From IMG/VR virus record IMGVR_UViG_3300033123_000281, positions 1 through 35,872 of that record: DNA of 35,872 nt, one strand, 5' to 3'. The notes beneath the pieces were generated by a model. That model worked only from the letters and a program-made list of their open reading frames with translations, had not been told where the DNA came from and did not search any database. Below, piece by piece: positions 16,732 through 25,953 of this stretch (its first letter is position 1; the number at the start of each line of letters is the position of its first letter). The position numbers and the translations under genes are program-made. This stretch comes from a virus (taxonomy: Duplodnaviria; Caudoviricetes).

Positions 16732-18390
16732 ATGGTTGACTACAACATCGCGATCCCCCAGCAGCAGCTTTATCAAGCTCCTGATCCCATGCAGAATTTT
16801 CTGCGTATGCAGCAGATGGAGCAGATGGGCGCGACTTCCCGCCTGCGCAACATGCAGGCGCAAAACTTGCTCGCGGCGCAGCAGCAGACTGCCGCTGAAC
16901 GCGCGCAAGCGGCAGCTATTGAAGAAGAAGCATCTGGCGCGGTGCGTGGGGGCGCATCTCCGACAGAAGCCGCTGAAAATTTAACCAGAGAAGGCAAACT
17001 TGGCGCTGCGGCAAGAATTTCCGCGCATGGAAAAACCCTTAGTGAGGGCCAGAAAACTGAACTGGATACAGTGGACAACACTCTTAAAGGGTTTGGGTAC
17101 TGGTCCACGCATGTTAGGTCGCCGGAAGAAGCCGGGTCGCTTGGCGCGGGCATGTATAACACGTCTAGACTTCGCCCGTTTTTTGAGTCAATAGGTATTA
17201 AATCGGCGGAGCAAGCGGCGCAAAAATTTAGCACCGATTTTGCCACAGATGAAAACGCTTGGCGTACTGGGCTAGCAAAACTAGACGCGCCGACGCTTTT
17301 TTCCCTGCGCGCAGCTAAACAAGTTGCGCTTCCCGGCGGCGGAACGGGGACAATAGACCCGAACAGGCCGGGCGTTATTAACGAGTCTGTTATCCGCGAA
17401 GCGGGCGCGCCGGAATTGACGCCGGGCGGCGGCGCAGGCGCGGGGCGCGTAGACACGTACCAGGTCAGCCCTACTCGTGTTGCGAATATGAACGCAGCCG
17501 CCGGGCGCACTGGCGGCGCACCTATTATTGACGACGGCGGTCTAGCCGCGCGTGCGGACATGGGCGTGAACGCGCTGGCCGCCGGGCAACGGCGGCCAAC
17601 AACCGTGGTCGGCAATGCTTTGGCTGCCCCAGCCGCCGCAGCGTCGCCTTACGGCGAGCTTGTGCAGCCCCCCGCCGCGCGCGCCCCCGGCGTTGTCGGG
17701 TCTCGCGAGTTTGCGCAGCGCGCGACAGACGCAGAATTGGCGCAAGCCGTTAAAAAAGCTGGGCTTGAAACGGTGGCGCGCGAGCAAGCAAAGTTGGACG
17801 TTGCAACGCCTGAAGCTGAACGCGTGAAAAACGTAGCTAAAAAAGAAGTTACGGAAACACTTAAAAGCATTGTTGGCGAGTATAAAGACCTTGCGTCGCG
17901 TGGCGAGCTTATCCAAGCAGAAGGTAATCAAAGTTTTTCGCAACGTGCGGGTATTGGTTTGAAAGCCGCGCTTCCTTCTGCGCTAACCACGGTTATAAAC
18001 CCAAAAACTGGCGGAAATATTTCTGCTATTGAAAATTTGCGCCGTGATCTTATTCCTACCCTAACCGCGCTTACAGGTGCTAAAAGTATTGACGCCGTGG
18101 CGGAAATGAACTCGGTTCTAAATTCATTGAGCACACCAGGGCAAACTGACGCCACCATCGTTAAAACGCTGAACAATTTTGGCGCAAAATATGGTTTGGG
18201 TAAACTATTGTCTATAGAGGATTTGGCCCCTGCTAAATCCGCCGAAACAAGCGGCATTCCCGCAGGCCGCAGATCGGCTGCGCCTGCACGCGCATTAAAT
18301 GATATGGACCAACAGGCGTTGGCTTGGGCTAAAGCTAACCCGAACGATCCGCGTGCGGGCGCTATCAACGAACGTTTGGGGGCACGCTAA
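16732..18390 (+). CDS. Putative internal virion/ejection protein
   Basis: Follows the gp7-like gene; Gln/Ala-rich helical N-terminus; 552 aa. Confidence 0.6.
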   Translation: MVDYNIAIPQQQLYQAPDPMQNFLRMQQMEQMGATSRLRNMQAQNLLAAQQQTAAERAQAAAIEEEASGAVRGGASPTEAAENLTREGKLGAAARISAHGKTLSEGQKTELDTVDNTLKGFGYWSTHVRSPEEAGSLGAGMYNTSRLRPFFESIGIKSAEQAAQKFSTDFATDENAWRTGLAKLDAPTLFSLRAAKQVALPGGGTGTIDPNRPGVINESVIREAGAPELTPGGGAGAGRVDTYQVSPTRVANMNAAAGRTGGAPIIDDGGLAARADMGVNALAAGQRRPTTVVGNALAAPAAAASPYGELVQPPAARAPGVVGSREFAQRATDAELAQAVKKAGLETVAREQAKLDVATPEAERVKNVAKKEVTETLKSIVGEYKDLASRGELIQAEGNQSFSQRAGIGLKAALPSALTTVINPKTGGNISAIENLRRDLIPTLTALTGAKSIDAVAEMNSVLNSLSTPGQTDATIVKTLNNFGAKYGLGKLLSIEDLAPAKSAETSGIPAGRRSAAPARALNDMDQQALAWAKANPNDPRAGAINERLGAR

Positions 18391-20075
18391 TGCCTTTCGA
18401 CCCTGACGCGTACTTAGGTAACCAGCCAAGCGTAGCGTTTGACCCCGACGCGTATCTTGCTGGCAGCGCGCCTGCCGATGGTGCGCGTCCGCTCACGATC
18501 CGTCGTGGCGAGCCGCGCGCTGCTGCACCTGCGGAAATGCCTCAAGCTGAGCCCGATACGTCGTTCACGCAGAACGCGGGCGTGCTCGCGCGCACCTTGG
18601 CCCCCTACGCTACGGCGGCGGGCGCTGGCGCGCTCATGGGCGCGCCTCTTGGCGGTATCGGTGCGATACCTGGCGCTATTGCTGGCGTCGGTGCGCTGGG
18701 CCTTGGCAACTTGGCAACCGGCGCGTACAACCTCACCGCGCCCATGTTCGGCGGTTCGCAGATCGCAAATCCGTCTGAAGCCATCCGTAACGCTTTTGCC
18801 GCTGGCGGCGTAGGCCGCAAGCCTGCCACGTCCGAACAGGCGCTGATGGCGGCGTCTATGGAGGGCGGTTTGGACGCGCTCTCGTTAGCGGGCGCTGGGC
18901 GCACCCTTGGCGGAAAGATTGGAAACTTCTTTGCTGCAAAGCCCGCCGTTCAGGCGGCTGGCGGCGTTGGCGCGGCGGCTACGCCAGTCGCCATGCAGGA
19001 ATACTACGGCGTTGAAGACCCGTACGCTCTCGCGGCGGGTAGCCTTATCGGCGGCATTGCGTCGGCTAGAACCGGAGCCAACGTAGCCGAGTCGGCCACG
19101 CGGCTGCGCGAGCTGGCGAAACGCTACGTAGAAAAATCCAACATATCGGCAGAAGCCCTCAAACAGCGCGCCCAAGCGGGCTTCAACGCAACCGACGCCA
19201 GCGGCGTCGTGTACGACTCTGCGGCGCTTAACAGCTTCGGAACAAAGACACGGCAAGATTTGGCGCGGGAGCAGTACAAGCCTACGTCGCCGCGTTTCAC
19301 ATATGTAAATGACGCTTTGGCTAAAGTTGATGAGGCTGCGGCCAATTCGCAATCCATTGGCAATTTGCACAGCCTTCGGGAAGATTTGGGCTTTTACCGT
19401 GAAAGTGCTTACACCGCTAAACGTCCCGACGCAGCGCGTATGATCACCCAAATTATTAACAATCTTGATGATTTTATTGCCGCGCCAAAAAACGCTACGT
19501 TTGCGGCTGGCGCAGATGTGGTCGAAGCGGCCAAGACGCTAAAATCATCAATTACAGATTGGTCTCGGTTGGCAAACTCTAAAAAGATTGACACCGCAAT
19601 TAATCGCGCGTCGCTTTCGGACAGACCTTTTGCAGATGCTTTGCAATCGGAATTTAAAACAATGGTTAAAAATCCCGCGCGGCTTGCCCGTTTCGGCAAA
19701 GAAGAACAGGCCGCAATCCGCGCGCTTGCAAGCGGGCAAAACGAGTCCGCAACGCTTAAACTTCTTAGCCAGCTAGCGCCCAGCCTTAAACTGCGCGACA
19801 TTGTTCGCACGGGCGCGTCCGGCGTTGTGGGCGCTGCGGGCGCGTATACTGGGTCAATCCCGCTTATGGCAACGGCAGCAGGCATGAGCGCAGCCGGATT
19901 GGGTGCAAGAGCCGCCCGAAACGCTCTGTCAGGCGTAGAAGCCAACGCCCTAGCCGCAGCTATGCGACGCGGCGATGTCCGCGCGCCTATGAACGTAACC
20001 ACGCAAGAAATGCTCCGCCGCGTGCCTCCGCAGATGCTTATGCAAGATCAACAATCCAACGCAATGGCCCGGTGA
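18390..20075 (+). CDS. Putative internal virion/ejection protein
   Basis: TAATG coupling; FDPDAYL x2 at the N-terminus; Gly/Ala hydrophobic segments; 561 aa. Confidence 0.6.
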   Translation: MPFDPDAYLGNQPSVAFDPDAYLAGSAPADGARPLTIRRGEPRAAAPAEMPQAEPDTSFTQNAGVLARTLAPYATAAGAGALMGAPLGGIGAIPGAIAGVGALGLGNLATGAYNLTAPMFGGSQIANPSEAIRNAFAAGGVGRKPATSEQALMAASMEGGLDALSLAGAGRTLGGKIGNFFAAKPAVQAAGGVGAAATPVAMQEYYGVEDPYALAAGSLIGGIASARTGANVAESATRLRELAKRYVEKSNISAEALKQRAQAGFNATDASGVVYDSAALNSFGTKTRQDLAREQYKPTSPRFTYVNDALAKVDEAAANSQSIGNLHSLREDLGFYRESAYTAKRPDAARMITQIINNLDDFIAAPKNATFAAGADVVEAAKTLKSSITDWSRLANSKKIDTAINRASLSDRPFADALQSEFKTMVKNPARLARFGKEEQAAIRALASGQNESATLKLLSQLAPSLKLRDIVRTGASGVVGAAGAYTGSIPLMATAAGMSAAGLGARAARNALSGVEANALAAAMRRGDVRAPMNVTTQEMLRRVPPQMLMQDQQSNAMAR

Positions 20076-20076
20076 C

Positions 20077-20349
20077 ATGGAACCTCAGACGCTTATTAAC
20101 ATCGCTGGCGGCGTCACCCTCTCGGTCGTGGGCTGGTTGGCCCGCGAGCTGTGGGGCGCGGTCAAGGAGCTGCGCGAGGACATTCACAAAATCGAAGTTG
20201 ATCTGCCCAAGACCTACGTCCCTCGCGTTGATCTTGACTCGCGCATGAAGCACATTGAGGACATGTTCCAACGGATTTACGATAAACTGGACGAGAAGGC
20301 CAACCGCACAGAAATTCGCAGACCCACAGACATCCGAAAGGGCGAATAA
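20077..20349 (+). CDS. Small membrane protein with coiled coil in the lysis cassette
   Basis: One N-terminal hydrophobic segment followed by a charged heptad region. Confidence 0.6.
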   Translation: MEPQTLINIAGGVTLSVVGWLARELWGAVKELREDIHKIEVDLPKTYVPRVDLDSRMKHIEDMFQRIYDKLDEKANRTEIRRPTDIRKGE

Positions 20350-20741
20350 TGGCATTCGGCATCGACGACGCCATCGCTGCGGCGCTCAAGGTCTTCGACA
20401 AGTTCGTACCTGACCCGGAGGCCAAGGCGAAGGCGGAGGGCGAGCTGCGTTCCAGCCTCCAGCTCTGGGACAAGGGCCAGACTGACATCAACGCAGTCGA
20501 GGCAGCCAACACCAACCTGTTCGTGTCGGGCTGGCGTCCCTTCATTGGCTGGGTGTGCGGCGCTGCGCTGGCCTACCAGTACGTTGCGGCTCCGCTGCTG
20601 ATGTGGGTAGCCAGCAGCCTGCACATCCCGCTGGCAGCCCCTCCCAAGCTTGACGGGGCGCTATGGGAGCTGGTCTCCGCGCTACTCGGAATGGGCGGGC
20701 TTCGCACTTATGAAAAAGTTCGAGGGGTAGCGTCCAAATGA
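20349..20741 (+). CDS. Holin (3TM, GTA-holin type)
   Basis: FVSGWRPFIGWVCG and LLGMGGLRTYEK motifs; adjacent to the endolysin. Confidence 0.85.
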   Translation: MAFGIDDAIAAALKVFDKFVPDPEAKAKAEGELRSSLQLWDKGQTDINAVEAANTNLFVSGWRPFIGWVCGAALAYQYVAAPLLMWVASSLHIPLAAPPKLDGALWELVSALLGMGGLRTYEKVRGVASK

Positions 20742-21262
20742 AGGCCAATTTCGACCGCAGCCTGACGATGATGCTGGCGCATGAGGGCGGCTATGTGAAC
20801 AACAAGCTTGACCCAGGTGGCATGACGAACCTCGGCGTCACCAAGGCGACGTGGGAGGCCTACGTGGACCACGACGTAACGGAGGCCGAGATGCGGGCGC
20901 TGACGCCCGCCAAGGTCGCGCCGCTCTACAAGGCGAAGTACTGGGACGCCGTGCGCGGTGACGATCTGCCAGCAGGCGTGGACTACGCCATGTTTGACTA
21001 CGCGGTAAACTCCGGCCCCGTGCGCGCCATCAGGACGCTGCAATCGGCGCTGGCGGTCCCGACAGACGGCATGATCGGCCCACGCACGCTGAAGGCGGCG
21101 GGCATGAGCGCGCCGGGCGTCGTCATCGACAACCTGTGCCGCGAGCGGGCGGAGTTTCTGGCCCGGCTCTCGACCTACAAGACCTTCGGACGCGGCTGGA
21201 TACGCCGCGTCAACGAAGTGGAAGTGCAGGCTAAGGAGCTGGCTGCGCGGCCCGGAGCGTAG
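20738..21262 (+). CDS. Endolysin, glycosyl hydrolase family 108 with peptidoglycan-binding domain
   Basis: HEGGYVN...DPGGMTNLGVT, FDYAVNSG, DGMIGPRT and FGRGWIRRV motifs. Confidence 0.92.
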   Translation: MKANFDRSLTMMLAHEGGYVNNKLDPGGMTNLGVTKATWEAYVDHDVTEAEMRALTPAKVAPLYKAKYWDAVRGDDLPAGVDYAMFDYAVNSGPVRAIRTLQSALAVPTDGMIGPRTLKAAGMSAPGVVIDNLCRERAEFLARLSTYKTFGRGWIRRVNEVEVQAKELAARPGA

Positions 21263-21434
21263 CGAGCAACTCGTCACGCTCGCGTGTCGCGCGCAGGGCC
21301 GTGAACCGCTGGTGCAGTCGGACCACGACGGTCCCCCGGCGCATCCCGACCAGCTCGTCCTGCAACAACTGCTGGACCGCCGCCTCGGACAACGACGGCA
21401 GCTTCTTATTTAAATCCCGCCAATTGAGTGTCAT
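21231..21434 (-). CDS. Hypothetical protein
   Basis: ATGA-coupled to the helicase stop; RLHQRF..LR..RER motif. Confidence 0.7.
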   Translation of the reverse strand: MTLNWRDLNKKLPSLSEAAVQQLLQDELVGMRRGTVVVRLHQRFTALRATRERDELLATLRAAQPAP

Positions 21435-22777
21435 GCTTTCAGTTCCTCTAGGGCTATGTCCGAGATCGCGCGCTTGTCGCGCAGGGCGGACCAGATCCGT
21501 TCGTCGATAGTCTTATTACAGAGCAACAGATAACACCAGACCGGCTGCGTCTGCCCGCCCCGGTGCAGCCGCCCGACCGTCTGCTCGTACAGCTCCAGCG
21601 ACCACGGCAGCGACACGAAGACGATCTTGTTGCCGCCGTGTTGCAGATTGAGGCCGTGGCCCGCCGACTTGGGGTGGATCAACAGCAGCTCGATCCGCCC
21701 GGCGTTCCAGCGTTCGATGGCGTTGGGGTCGTCAATCGTCTGGGCGTGTGGGAACCGGCGGCGCAGCTCGGCCAGCTCCTCCTTGTAGTTGTAGACCACG
21801 ATGGTGTTGGCCCGCTGGTTCTCGTCCAGCAGCTCGGCCAGCCGGTCAAATTTGTGGCCGCTGATCCAGATCGCGCGCTTGTCCACGTCAAACTTGCCCG
21901 GCCTGTCGCTGGCGGTTGACGTGCTGTGGTAGACGAACCCGGACGCCATCTGCTGGAGCTTGCTGGTCACGGCGGCCGCGTTGGCCGCAACGACCTGCGC
22001 CGATCCCAGCTCCAGCATCAGGTCGCGCTTCATCACGTTGTAGGGCTTGATGTCGGCCATGTCGCACGCCAGCTCGACCGTGTGGAGCGGCGGCAACTTG
22101 TCGGCGTAGACGCCCGGCTCCAGCACGAACGTGGCAGGCTTGATCGTCGCCATGATCTGCTCAAGCGACCCCTTGCGGGGCGACCACTCGCCGAAGTCGC
22201 GGTTGATGCAGACGAAGTAGCGTTGCAGGAACGCGCCCTTGGACCGGCCCAGCAGCGCCTGGTCCACGATCTTGCACTGCCCGAACACGTCCTCCAGACC
22301 GTTGGACGTGAACGACCCGGTCAGGCCCCAGCGGTAGCGCACGCCCTTGAGGAGCTTTTCCAGCGCCTTGAACCGCTTCCCGCTGGGGTTCTTGACGCGC
22401 GTCAGCTCGTCGAACACCACGCCGTCGAAGCGGGCCATGTCGGCGGCGGTCAGCGTCTGGATGTTGTCGTAGTTCATCACGACCACGTCGGCGTCGGACG
22501 CCAGCGCCGCAGCGCGCTGTGCCGGTGTGCCGACTGCCAGCGCCATCGTCAGGCCCGCCGCCCACTTGGGCCGCTCAATCGGCCACACGTCGGTGCAGAC
22601 GCGCTTGGGCGCGAGGATGAGCCAGCGCCGGGCGTAGCCGTCCGACACCGCCGCCGCCAGCGCCGTGAGCGTGATGGCGGTCTTGCCCGCGCCGACCGGC
22701 GCAAGGATCATGGCGGTGTCGTGCTCGAACAGGAAGTCGGCCGCGTCGTCCTGATACGGTCTAAGGCGCAGCGTCAA
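21431..22777 (-). CDS. SNF2-family (SF2) helicase
   Basis: LRPYQ, GAGKT, VFDEL, GLTGS, SAGHGLNLQ and QTVGRLHRGGQ motifs. Confidence 0.92.
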   Translation of the reverse strand: MTLRLRPYQDDAADFLFEHDTAMILAPVGAGKTAITLTALAAAVSDGYARRWLILAPKRVCTDVWPIERPKWAAGLTMALAVGTPAQRAAALASDADVVVMNYDNIQTLTAADMARFDGVVFDELTRVKNPSGKRFKALEKLLKGVRYRWGLTGSFTSNGLEDVFGQCKIVDQALLGRSKGAFLQRYFVCINRDFGEWSPRKGSLEQIMATIKPATFVLEPGVYADKLPPLHTVELACDMADIKPYNVMKRDLMLELGSAQVVAANAAAVTSKLQQMASGFVYHSTSTASDRPGKFDVDKRAIWISGHKFDRLAELLDENQRANTIVVYNYKEELAELRRRFPHAQTIDDPNAIERWNAGRIELLLIHPKSAGHGLNLQHGGNKIVFVSLPWSLELYEQTVGRLHRGGQTQPVWCYLLLCNKTIDERIWSALRDKRAISDIALEELKA

Positions 22778-23777
22778 GGTACGCTCCTATGACTTCCGCC
22801 GCGACTTGCGGGACGATGGCATTGCCGTAGGCGCGCAGGCGTCCCACTCTGGCGGGAACCCCATGAGCCAAGAGACGAATGCCGGATTTAACGCGCCTCG
22901 ATTTTCCGTCTGCTCCGATGGCCCATCGATGCTCGGACCAGAACCCTGCGCCAGCATTGACAGCATCACTTGCTTGCCCACCGTCACCCGCCGCTGTATC
23001 GCCGGGTCCTCCCAACGCCCCCGGTCCCTGTTGTCCGAGGCGCACGGCGTCGGCCACATCGAAATCGCCGCCGCCCATCCGAGTTTGTTCGGGGTCGTTC
23101 GCCCGTCCCCCGAACAGGTCAGGTTCGTATCGTTCCCGGCGTGCGCCGATGTCGGCGTCGGCCACATCGCCGTCATCACAACTTGATCTACAAGCCGAAT
23201 TTGTTGGTTTTTGCGCGCCGTTCCATTCAAAATACATTTCGTCGGTGTTGCAACATTTCTGTTTGACCCCGCATCCGGCGTCCGCCACAAACCACAGGCG
23301 GTCTCTTCGATGGGGCGCATCGACGGCACAAGCCGGAACAACGACCGCCCCGCAGGCGTAACCGATGCCCTCCAAGTCAGAAGACACTCCGTCGAGCCAA
23401 TCCTTGCCAACCGCTGCCGCAACTTGCTCTCCCATAACGACAGGGGGCCGACAGGCTCGGATGAGGCTGAAGAAGACGGGCCAGAGGTGCCTTTCGTCCG
23501 CCGTGCCTTTTTGCTGACCGGCGGTGCTGAAGGGTTGGCAGGGGGCGCTTCCGGTCCACAGGGGCCGCTCGTCGGGCCATCCGGCGAGGCGGGCGGCGAG
23601 GCTCCAGCCGCCGATACCGGCGAAGAAGTGGCACTGGGTGAAACCGCGCAAGTCCGCAGGAGCCACGTCAAGAATGGATCGCTCATCAACTTCCCCTTTA
23701 GCTATCAGACCTTTGTCTATGAGGTTACGCAGCCACTGGGCGGCGTAAGGCTCCATCTCGTTGTAATACGCGCTCAC
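22761..23777 (-). CDS. C5 cytosine DNA methyltransferase, alpha (catalytic) chain
   Basis: Motif I FFAGIGG, IV PCQPFS, VI EQV, VIII HRRDRLW, X YGNAIVP; no motif IX in this frame; GTG start overlaps the VRR-NUC stop. Confidence 0.9.
   Translation of the reverse strand: MSAYYNEMEPYAAQWLRNLIDKGLIAKGEVDERSILDVAPADLRGFTQCHFFAGIGGWSLAARLAGWPDERPLWTGSAPCQPFSTAGQQKGTADERHLWPVFFSLIRACRPPVVMGEQVAAAVGKDWLDGVSSDLEGIGYACGAVVVPACAVDAPHRRDRLWFVADAGCGVKQKCCNTDEMYFEWNGAQKPTNSACRSSCDDGDVADADIGARRERYEPDLFGGRANDPEQTRMGGGDFDVADAVRLGQQGPGALGGPGDTAAGDGGQASDAVNAGAGFWSEHRWAIGADGKSRRVKSGIRLLAHGVPARVGRLRAYGNAIVPQVAAEVIGAYLDAAP
22787..23689 (-). CDS. Overprinted methyltransferase beta chain in the +1 frame inside the alpha gene (true start uncertain)
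   Basis: 300-codon open frame with three W(P/R)TP modules and a C-terminal LNPAFVSWLMGFPPEW motif IX equivalent. Confidence 0.75.
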   Translation of the reverse strand: MMSDPFLTWLLRTCAVSPSATSSPVSAAGASPPASPDGPTSGPCGPEAPPANPSAPPVSKKARRTKGTSGPSSSASSEPVGPLSLWESKLRQRLARIGSTECLLTWRASVTPAGRSLFRLVPSMRPIEETACGLWRTPDAGSNRNVATPTKCILNGTARKNQQIRLVDQVVMTAMWPTPTSAHAGNDTNLTCSGDGRTTPNKLGWAAAISMWPTPCASDNRDRGRWEDPAIQRRVTVGKQVMLSMLAQGSGPSIDGPSEQTENRGALNPAFVSWLMGFPPEWDACAPTAMPSSRKSRRKS

Positions 23778-24052
23778 AGCCCCGTCTCCCGCGCCCACTC
23801 GTTGATCTCTTCGCGCGACCACAGGCAGGCGTAGTCCTGCCCCAGCGCCAGCATGTCAGCGGCAAACTTCGTCTGGAGCGGTGCCAGCCGCCCGCCCTTC
23901 TTCTTAAGCTCCACGAACCACGTCTGGCCGTTGGGCAGGCACGCCACTTGGTCCGACACGCCGCGCAGCGTGGGCGACTTGAACTTGTACGTCCGCCCGC
24001 CCATGCGGGCGACCGTCCAGATGAAATACGCTTCGATTTCTTTCTCAAGCAT
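23774..24052 (-). CDS. VRR-NUC domain nuclease
   Basis: MLEKEIE...KF.SP..RGVSD...FVELK...GRL..LQ motif; GGGAG ribosome-binding site. Confidence 0.88.
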   Translation of the reverse strand: MLEKEIEAYFIWTVARMGGRTYKFKSPTLRGVSDQVACLPNGQTWFVELKKKGGRLAPLQTKFAADMLALGQDYACLWSREEINEWARETGL

Positions 24053-24080
24053 TTTTCTGCTCCCGTTGCAAAAAAAGGTA

Positions 24081-24109
24081 TTGCATGACTGCAAAGGATT
24101 GTCTAGTGT
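24081..24109 (+). promoter_or_regulatory. Promoter in the divergent intergenic region driving the replication genes
   Basis: TTGCAT, 17 nt, TAGTGT; a minus-strand TTGACA (24116-24121) may serve the divergent operon. Confidence 0.5.
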
Positions 24110-24140
24110 CCGTCTTGTCAAAAACACGAAAGGTTCACTG

Positions 24141-25271
24141 ATGGCACAACACTCCACTATCGTCGGCGGTTCAACCGCCAAGCGCGTCATGGCCTGCCCC
24201 GGCTCGGTCAAGCTCGTCCAGCAGATGCCGGAAAAGCCGTCCAGCAAATACGCGGACGAGGGCACGCTGCTGCACAACGTCATCGCGGAGATCCTCACGA
24301 CCGACCGCACGCCTGAAAGTTATCTCGGCACGGTCTACGAGGGCATCACGCTCACCCAAGACCTGATCGACGACAAGCTGCGCCCGGCGCTTGACGCGCT
24401 GGACGAGATCGACCCCAACAAAGAGATGGAATACGCCGTCGAGCAGGTCGTCGGCTTTGACACCGCGCTGCCGGGCGTGTTCGGCTCCGCCGACCTGATC
24501 GGACGGCTGGGCAACCGCGCCATCATCTTGGACTGGAAGTTCGGTTCCGGCGTCGCCGTGGACGTGGAGGAGAACGCGCAGGCGATGTTCTACGCCGCTG
24601 CCGCCATGCGCACGCCCGCTACGATGTGGGCGTTTCAAGACGCGACCGAGATCGAGTGCATCATCGTGCAGCCGCCCAGCGTCAAGCGGTGGGTGACAAC
24701 GCCAACGCGCATCGCGTCGTTCGAGCGCGAGCTGGTCCTCGCCGTGCGCGGCGCGATGCTCCCCGACGCCCCGTTGGCGTCTGGCGATCACTGCCGGTGG
24801 TGCGCCGCCAAGCCGACCTGCCCGCTCATGACCGGAGCTGTGGAAAGGGCGCTAAAAATTAAGTTGCACGCCATAGACGCGGGTCGAATTGGCGAGTATC
24901 TTAAAATGGCTGAACTGCTAGAGGCATGGATCAGCGGCGTGAACGAGCTGGCGTACCAGATGCTTGATGAAGGTCTGTCGGTGCCAGGCTATAAGCTGGT
25001 GCCGAAGCGCGCCACGCGGAAGTGGATCGACGACGAGGTGGCGCTGCAAGCGTTGGAGCGTCTCGGTCTGACTACAGAGGAATTGGTGGAGACTACGGTT
25101 ATCAGCCCGGCGAAGGCGGAAAAGCTGCTCAAGAAGCAGAAGGTTCCGCTGCCTGCTGATCTCGTGGTCGCCATCTCAACGGGCAACACGCTGGCAACCG
25201 AGGATGATCCTCGCCCGGCGGTGGTGCAGGTCGGAAGACAACTTGTCGCCGCTCTTGGTAAACTCGTCTAA
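24141..25271 (+). CDS. PD-(D/E)XK (Cas4-like) exonuclease, DUF2800-like
   Basis: CPGS...ADEGTLLH, FGSAD...ILDWKFG, HCRWCAAKPTCP cysteine cluster and GYKLV motifs. Confidence 0.85.
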   Translation: MAQHSTIVGGSTAKRVMACPGSVKLVQQMPEKPSSKYADEGTLLHNVIAEILTTDRTPESYLGTVYEGITLTQDLIDDKLRPALDALDEIDPNKEMEYAVEQVVGFDTALPGVFGSADLIGRLGNRAIILDWKFGSGVAVDVEENAQAMFYAAAAMRTPATMWAFQDATEIECIIVQPPSVKRWVTTPTRIASFERELVLAVRGAMLPDAPLASGDHCRWCAAKPTCPLMTGAVERALKIKLHAIDAGRIGEYLKMAELLEAWISGVNELAYQMLDEGLSVPGYKLVPKRATRKWIDDEVALQALERLGLTTEELVETTVISPAKAEKLLKKQKVPLPADLVVAISTGNTLATEDDPRPAVVQVGRQLVAALGKLV

Positions 25272-25283
25272 AGGAAGAACGTA

Positions 25284-25940
25284 ATGTCAAATCTCACTGT
25301 GTTCGGTTCTGCTAACCTTCCCTCCGCCGCCTCTCTGGCGGACTCCCTGCGCAGCATCAAGACCGGCGTGTCTGATGCGGGCGTCAACGTTATCCTCAAG
25401 ATGGACAAGACCGGACACTGGGTGTTCGGCGCTGACCAGACCGAAGTCGAGGCTGACTCAACTTGGGCCGTCAACCCGTTCTCGTTCGTCCACGGCTATA
25501 TTGCGTGGGGCGAGGGTGACGTGTTGGGCGAGAAGATGGTGCCGGTGTCGCAGCCGCTGCCAGAGCTTGACGCCGCCCCGGCGGGTGCCAAGCGTGGCTG
25601 GGAGACGCAGGTCGGCATGTCGCTGAAGTGCCTGTCTGGTGAAGACAAGGACATGGAGGCCCGCTATACGGTCACGTCCGTTGGCGGTAAACGCGCTGTG
25701 CAGGCGCTCGCGCTTGCCATCGCTGGACAGGCCGAGAAGGACCAGGCTAAGTATGTCCCGGTGATCGTGCTCAAGAAAGAGCATTACATGCACAAGTCCT
25801 ATGGCCGCATTTACACCCCGCTGTTTGACGTGGTGGAATGGATGGCTATGGATGGTGGTTCGACCGAAGTTGATGCGCCTCCCGTCGCTGATGCTCCGGC
25901 TGAAGCTCCCGCCGATCCGCGTCGCCGTCGCCGCGCGTAA
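25284..25940 (+). CDS. Putative single-stranded DNA-binding protein
   Basis: Lies between the exonuclease and the polymerase; beta-rich, YMHKSYGRIYTP; acidic, Pro-rich tail. Confidence 0.55.
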   Translation: MSNLTVFGSANLPSAASLADSLRSIKTGVSDAGVNVILKMDKTGHWVFGADQTEVEADSTWAVNPFSFVHGYIAWGEGDVLGEKMVPVSQPLPELDAAPAGAKRGWETQVGMSLKCLSGEDKDMEARYTVTSVGGKRAVQALALAIAGQAEKDQAKYVPVIVLKKEHYMHKSYGRIYTPLFDVVEWMAMDGGSTEVDAPPVADAPAEAPADPRRRRRA

Positions 25941-25953
25941 GGGAGAGTGAAAG

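Noticed and set aside
24141-25271. Cas4 indicating a CRISPR-Cas system
   Set aside because: It is a stand-alone phage PD-(D/E)XK exonuclease in the usual exonuclease-SSB-polA module; no other cas genes or array are present.
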